Positions 60,688 through 64,000 of a stretch of 64,000 nt of DNA are shown piece after piece. The stretch spans positions 736,001 through 800,000 of the forward strand of contig OZ242374.1 in assembly GCA_965209055.1 (NCBI GenBank). Direction: 5' to 3'. A program made the translations under genes and the position numbers. The notes beneath the pieces are model-generated. The model had not been told where the DNA came from, ran no database searches, and saw nothing but the letters and a program-made list of their open reading frames with translations. This DNA is from Acidobacteriota bacterium (GTDB taxonomy: Bacteria; Acidobacteriota; UBA6911; RPQK01; JAJDTT01). Each line of letters starts with the position of its first letter. Within the stretch, counting starts at the first letter, position 1.

Positions 60688-62304
60688 TCATTGCGGGGGA
60701 TCCGCCATGAGCCATTCCGCAAAGAACTGGAAGGAAAAGATCTTGCTGCGCTGCATGTGGAACCTGAGCTGGAGGACGCGCCCCTTCAGAGCCGTCAGGT
60801 CGAATTTTTTCTTCCAGCTCACGGTGTGCGCGATCGAGTCTCCCCGAAACGATTGGCAATCCTCTCGCGAATAGCCGGGCAGGGGCTCCCCGGTCTCGGG
60901 GTCCAGGATCTCCACCTGAATGGCGCCCTCGTCTCCCGCCGTCGACCCGTTCAGTCTCAGCCGGTTCCCGGAGAATCTCAGAGGCTTGGTAGTGAAGCTG
61001 CCCCGTCCCGCCGCCAGCGAGACGAAGCCGTCCAAACGCAGGGTGGCGAGGTTCTGCGAACTCTCCTGGTTCTCACCCCGGCGCACCCCCCAATGGCCCT
61101 TCTTGAACCCGGTGTAGTAGAGCCAGATCTCGCCCCGGTCCTCCCGGACCAGGGGAGGCTGGGCCACGAAGATCATCCCCGAGTCGTAGCTGCCTTCCGG
61201 TCCGTTGGGAATGAAGGGCCGACGCTGGCCCACCCGCTGCCAGTTCGTGCCGTCGCGGCTGAAGGCCAACTGGATGTCGATGCGGTCCAGCCAGGGGTTT
61301 CGCGCCAGATCCCGGCTGGGAGGCGTCATGGGCTCCATCCCCGGACAGATGTGATAGGGGGTCAGGAACCCGATGTAGATCCCTTCGTAGAGCAGGGTCT
61401 CGAAGGTGTAGAAACCGCCGGTGCAGGGGGCGTCCTTCTCGTCCGGGGGGACCAGGATGTATTTCCGGTTCACCTCCACCGGGTCCCTCATCTCCGCGGG
61501 GGCGTCCCAGGTCAGGAAATCGGGACTGGTGGCGATCCCCGGAGTCCTCACCCGGCCCTCGCGCCTCGTGCCCCGAAACAACGGATGGTCCTTGAAGATG
61601 GGCGGCCAGAGACGGATATGGGCCACGTAGAGGTTGCGCCGGGGATCCCAGAAGAAGACCTGGTGGGTGTCGTTGTTCAGGAAGACCGGATTGATGCCGT
61701 CGTAGAGTTCCCATTGGATGCCGTCGGGCGAATGGGCCGCCCAGACTCCGTTCACCTTCGGGTCCTTGCTGTTGTGGCGGTAGAGCATCTTGTAGCGCTT
61801 GCGGGGATCGGACTCGTGCGGGTCGCGAGCCACGCCGGGGGCGCGGGCTCCAACGTCCTTCCCGAAGACGAAATTGTGCTTGCGGGAGGCTTCTCCCGGG
61901 CACCACTTGGAGTGGTAGTCGAACTGGCCCACCATTGGCTTGTCCCAGTTGAGGCCGTCGCGGGACTCGTAGTAGCCGACGAAATTGTCCGACCAGTCGT
62001 AGTTCACCACCTGGTGCCACATCTGGTAGACGTTCCGGTCCGGATCGAAGGCCAGGTTGGGGGAATTGCCGAAGTGCATGTCCGCCTCCCAGCACCGGTC
62101 CATCCGGATTACCGGGTTCCCGGCATATTTGAGCGGCTGGTTCATGATCCGGTAGACGCCCTGCATGGATTCGATCACGTGGTCGTCGAAGAAGAGCTGC
62201 TTCCGGGATCCCACGTCGACTGGATTGGCCCGGATCCCGGCTCCCCACACCCCCAGAAGCAATAAATAGCATTGAAGCCGACGGAATCCCCTGCGGACGA
62301 ACAT
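60688..62304 (-). CDS. Exported beta-propeller glycoside hydrolase-like protein (GH32/GH43 clan-like)
   Basis: KQLFFDD, Asp-box motifs ESRDGLNW, HSPDGIQW and FSRDGTNW, and LATLRLDGFVSL. Confidence 0.7.
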   Translation of the reverse strand: MFVRRGFRRLQCYLLLLGVWGAGIRANPVDVGSRKQLFFDDHVIESMQGVYRIMNQPLKYAGNPVIRMDRCWEADMHFGNSPNLAFDPDRNVYQMWHQVVNYDWSDNFVGYYESRDGLNWDKPMVGQFDYHSKWCPGEASRKHNFVFGKDVGARAPGVARDPHESDPRKRYKMLYRHNSKDPKVNGVWAAHSPDGIQWELYDGINPVFLNNDTHQVFFWDPRRNLYVAHIRLWPPIFKDHPLFRGTRREGRVRTPGIATSPDFLTWDAPAEMRDPVEVNRKYILVPPDEKDAPCTGGFYTFETLLYEGIYIGFLTPYHICPGMEPMTPPSRDLARNPWLDRIDIQLAFSRDGTNWQRVGQRRPFIPNGPEGSYDSGMIFVAQPPLVREDRGEIWLYYTGFKKGHWGVRRGENQESSQNLATLRLDGFVSLAAGRGSFTTKPLRFSGNRLRLNGSTAGDEGAIQVEILDPETGEPLPGYSREDCQSFRGDSIAHTVSWKKKFDLTALKGRVLQLRFHMQRSKIFSFQFFAEWLMADPPQ

Positions 62305-62474
62305 GATTGATTTCTCCGTTGGACCGGCTCGATGTGTTCGGGGCCTGGATGCAACCCCGCGACTTGCTAAAACTCTACAGGGTCGCCGCCGCATTGTCAT
62401 TTGATCGGACGGGAAAGGCCGGTACACTGGGTGATAACACCGGCCGTTGGTATGAGACTTCCGCGAGAGGTTCA

Positions 62475-63278
62475 ATGATGCATGAAGATCCGATGGACGT
62501 GCTCCGCCGTGACGGCTATGTGATCCTGCGATCGGTCATTCCCGTCGACAAGGTGGGTGCCGTTCGAAGAAGTGTCGCCGCCACGGTTCGCGAGCACACG
62601 AGCCTGCCCCTGCCCCAGGGATACGTCACCGGTTTCCTCCGCTTGAATCAGGCCATCGCCCCCTACCTGACCCATCCCCGGATCATGGCCGTCGTCGACG
62701 AGCTCTTCGGCGACAACGCCCGCATCTCCATGCTCACCGGAACCATCAACGGTCCCGGACTTCAGCGGGGGACAGTCCACGCCGACTGGCCCTACAACCA
62801 GGACCAATTCTCCTGCGTCCGTGCCCCCTATCCCGACGTGATCTTGAATCTGGTGACCATGTGGATGATGTCCCGGTTCACCCGGGCCAATGGCGGAACC
62901 ATGGTGATCCCCGGCAGCCACTTGCGGAACCGGGCTCCCCGGAAGGGGACCGACCTGGATCCCAACTCGGTATTCGAGGGGGAGACCCAGATCGAGGGAA
63001 ACCCCGGCGACGTGGCCGTCTTCGATGCCCGGACCTGGCACAGCATCGCGCCCAACGTGACCAACGAGGAGCGGGTCGGGGTCCTGGTTCGATACGCTCC
63101 CTGGTGGGTCAACCTGGGGCCGCTGCGCCCCGGCAGCCGCGACCGGAAGCAGATCATCGAGGATCGGGGAGGAGGCGACCATACCGATCCCAAGGTCCAG
63201 CCCCTGCCGGAATCGGTCTATCAACGCCTCCCCGCCGACGTGCAGCCCCTCGTCTACCACATGGTGGTTCCGGACTAG
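62475..63278 (+). CDS. Phytanoyl-CoA dioxygenase (PhyH) family protein
   Basis: RDGYVI, HADWPY, NGGTMVIPGSH and FDARTWH (HxD...H triad). Confidence 0.85.
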   Translation: MMHEDPMDVLRRDGYVILRSVIPVDKVGAVRRSVAATVREHTSLPLPQGYVTGFLRLNQAIAPYLTHPRIMAVVDELFGDNARISMLTGTINGPGLQRGTVHADWPYNQDQFSCVRAPYPDVILNLVTMWMMSRFTRANGGTMVIPGSHLRNRAPRKGTDLDPNSVFEGETQIEGNPGDVAVFDARTWHSIAPNVTNEERVGVLVRYAPWWVNLGPLRPGSRDRKQIIEDRGGGDHTDPKVQPLPESVYQRLPADVQPLVYHMVVPD

Positions 63279-63338
63279 CCCCCCAGTGCGCGCGGAGAGA
63301 CCCGCCGCCGCGCAGAGCGAACGTCCGCACGACAGGCA

Positions 63339-64000
63339 ATGGAACGATACGACTCCATCGCTGAAGCCTACCGGGATTCCAAGCAACTCCCGTTTCGGCA
63401 CCTGATCGAGCGGTTCACACTGTTCGAGCTCCTGGGAGACGTTCGAGGAAACAGGGTCCTGGACCTGGCCTGCGGGGACGGCTTCTACACGCGGCTGCTG
63501 AAACGGGCCGGCGCGTCCGAGGTCACGGGCGTCGACGTCTCCAGGGAAATGATTCGATTGGCGGAACGGGAAGAAAGGCGAAATCCTCTCGGTTGCACTT
63601 ATCTGCAGCGGGACGCCGCGGCTTTCGCACCGGCGGAGCCGGTCGACCTGGTCGTCGCCACGTACCTCCTGAACTACGCCCGCACTCGGGAGCGGCTCCT
63701 CCGCTTCTGCCAGGGCTGCCACGACGCGCTACGGCCGGGAGGACGATTCGCCGGCGTGAACGACAACGTCCGGAATCCGCCCGTGGAGTCCGTTTCCCTG
63801 CAAAAATACGGCCTGGAGAAATCCTGCCCGCCCCAGCCGAAGGAAGGGGACGTCATTCTGTACGCCATCACCAACGAGGACGGGCAGCGATTCGAGTTTG
63901 AGAACTACTACCTCGAACCGCGCAGCTACGAGCGCGCCTTCCGCGCCGCCGGTTTCCGGGACTTCCGATGGGTGGAGTTGGGGCTGCACCCGTCCCAGCA
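63339..64000 (+). CDS. Class I SAM-dependent methyltransferase (3' end outside window)
   Basis: Manual translation MERYDSIAEAYRDSKQLPFR...VLDLACGDGFYTR...GVDVSREMI. Absent from the ORF track because it runs off the end. Confidence 0.85.
   Translation, partial: MERYDSIAEAYRDSKQLPFRHLIERFTLFELLGDVRGNRVLDLACGDGFYTRLLKRAGASEVTGVDVSREMIRLAEREERRNPLGCTYLQRDAAAFAPAEPVDLVVATYLLNYARTRERLLRFCQGCHDALRPGGRFAGVNDNVRNPPVESVSLQKYGLEKSCPPQPKEGDVILYAITNEDGQRFEFENYYLEPRSYERAFRAAGFRDFRWVELGLHPSQ

Overview
GC-rich bacterial DNA, most consistent with an Acidobacteriota genome (inferred from gene families, possibly a sponge-associated lineage). The backbone is rich in cell-envelope paralogues: three Oar-like TonB-dependent receptors, three GWxTD proteins, five CRTAC1-type FG-GAP + ASPIC/UnbV genes plus a heme-motif FG-GAP protein, TPR proteins and a PPC-DUF1549/DUF1553-DUF1501 operon. 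It also carries catabolic enzymes and two type II toxin-antitoxin pairs. Highlight 1: two annotated ORFs (18997-20946 and 20968-23058) are one reading frame split by a single in-frame TGA. A hairpin 11 nt after the TGA closely resembles the E. coli fdhF SECIS, suggesting a 1353-aa FG-GAP/ASPIC-UnbV/thioredoxin/TPR selenoprotein. Highlight 2: a nested mobile-element hotspot at 45.2-53.1 kb, built on REP-like palindromes around a dead RAYT transposase. An IS4 element sits in one REP, and a ~6 kb tyrosine-integrase element has used another REP as its attachment site. That element carries a tRNA 5' half whose anticodon loop coincides with the att core, and a group II intron that must splice to restore the integrase. 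It also holds a highly structured non-coding region with covarying 84-bp inverted repeats around an unannotated 42-aa membrane peptide gene. All calls are by eye; no database searches or folding programs were run.
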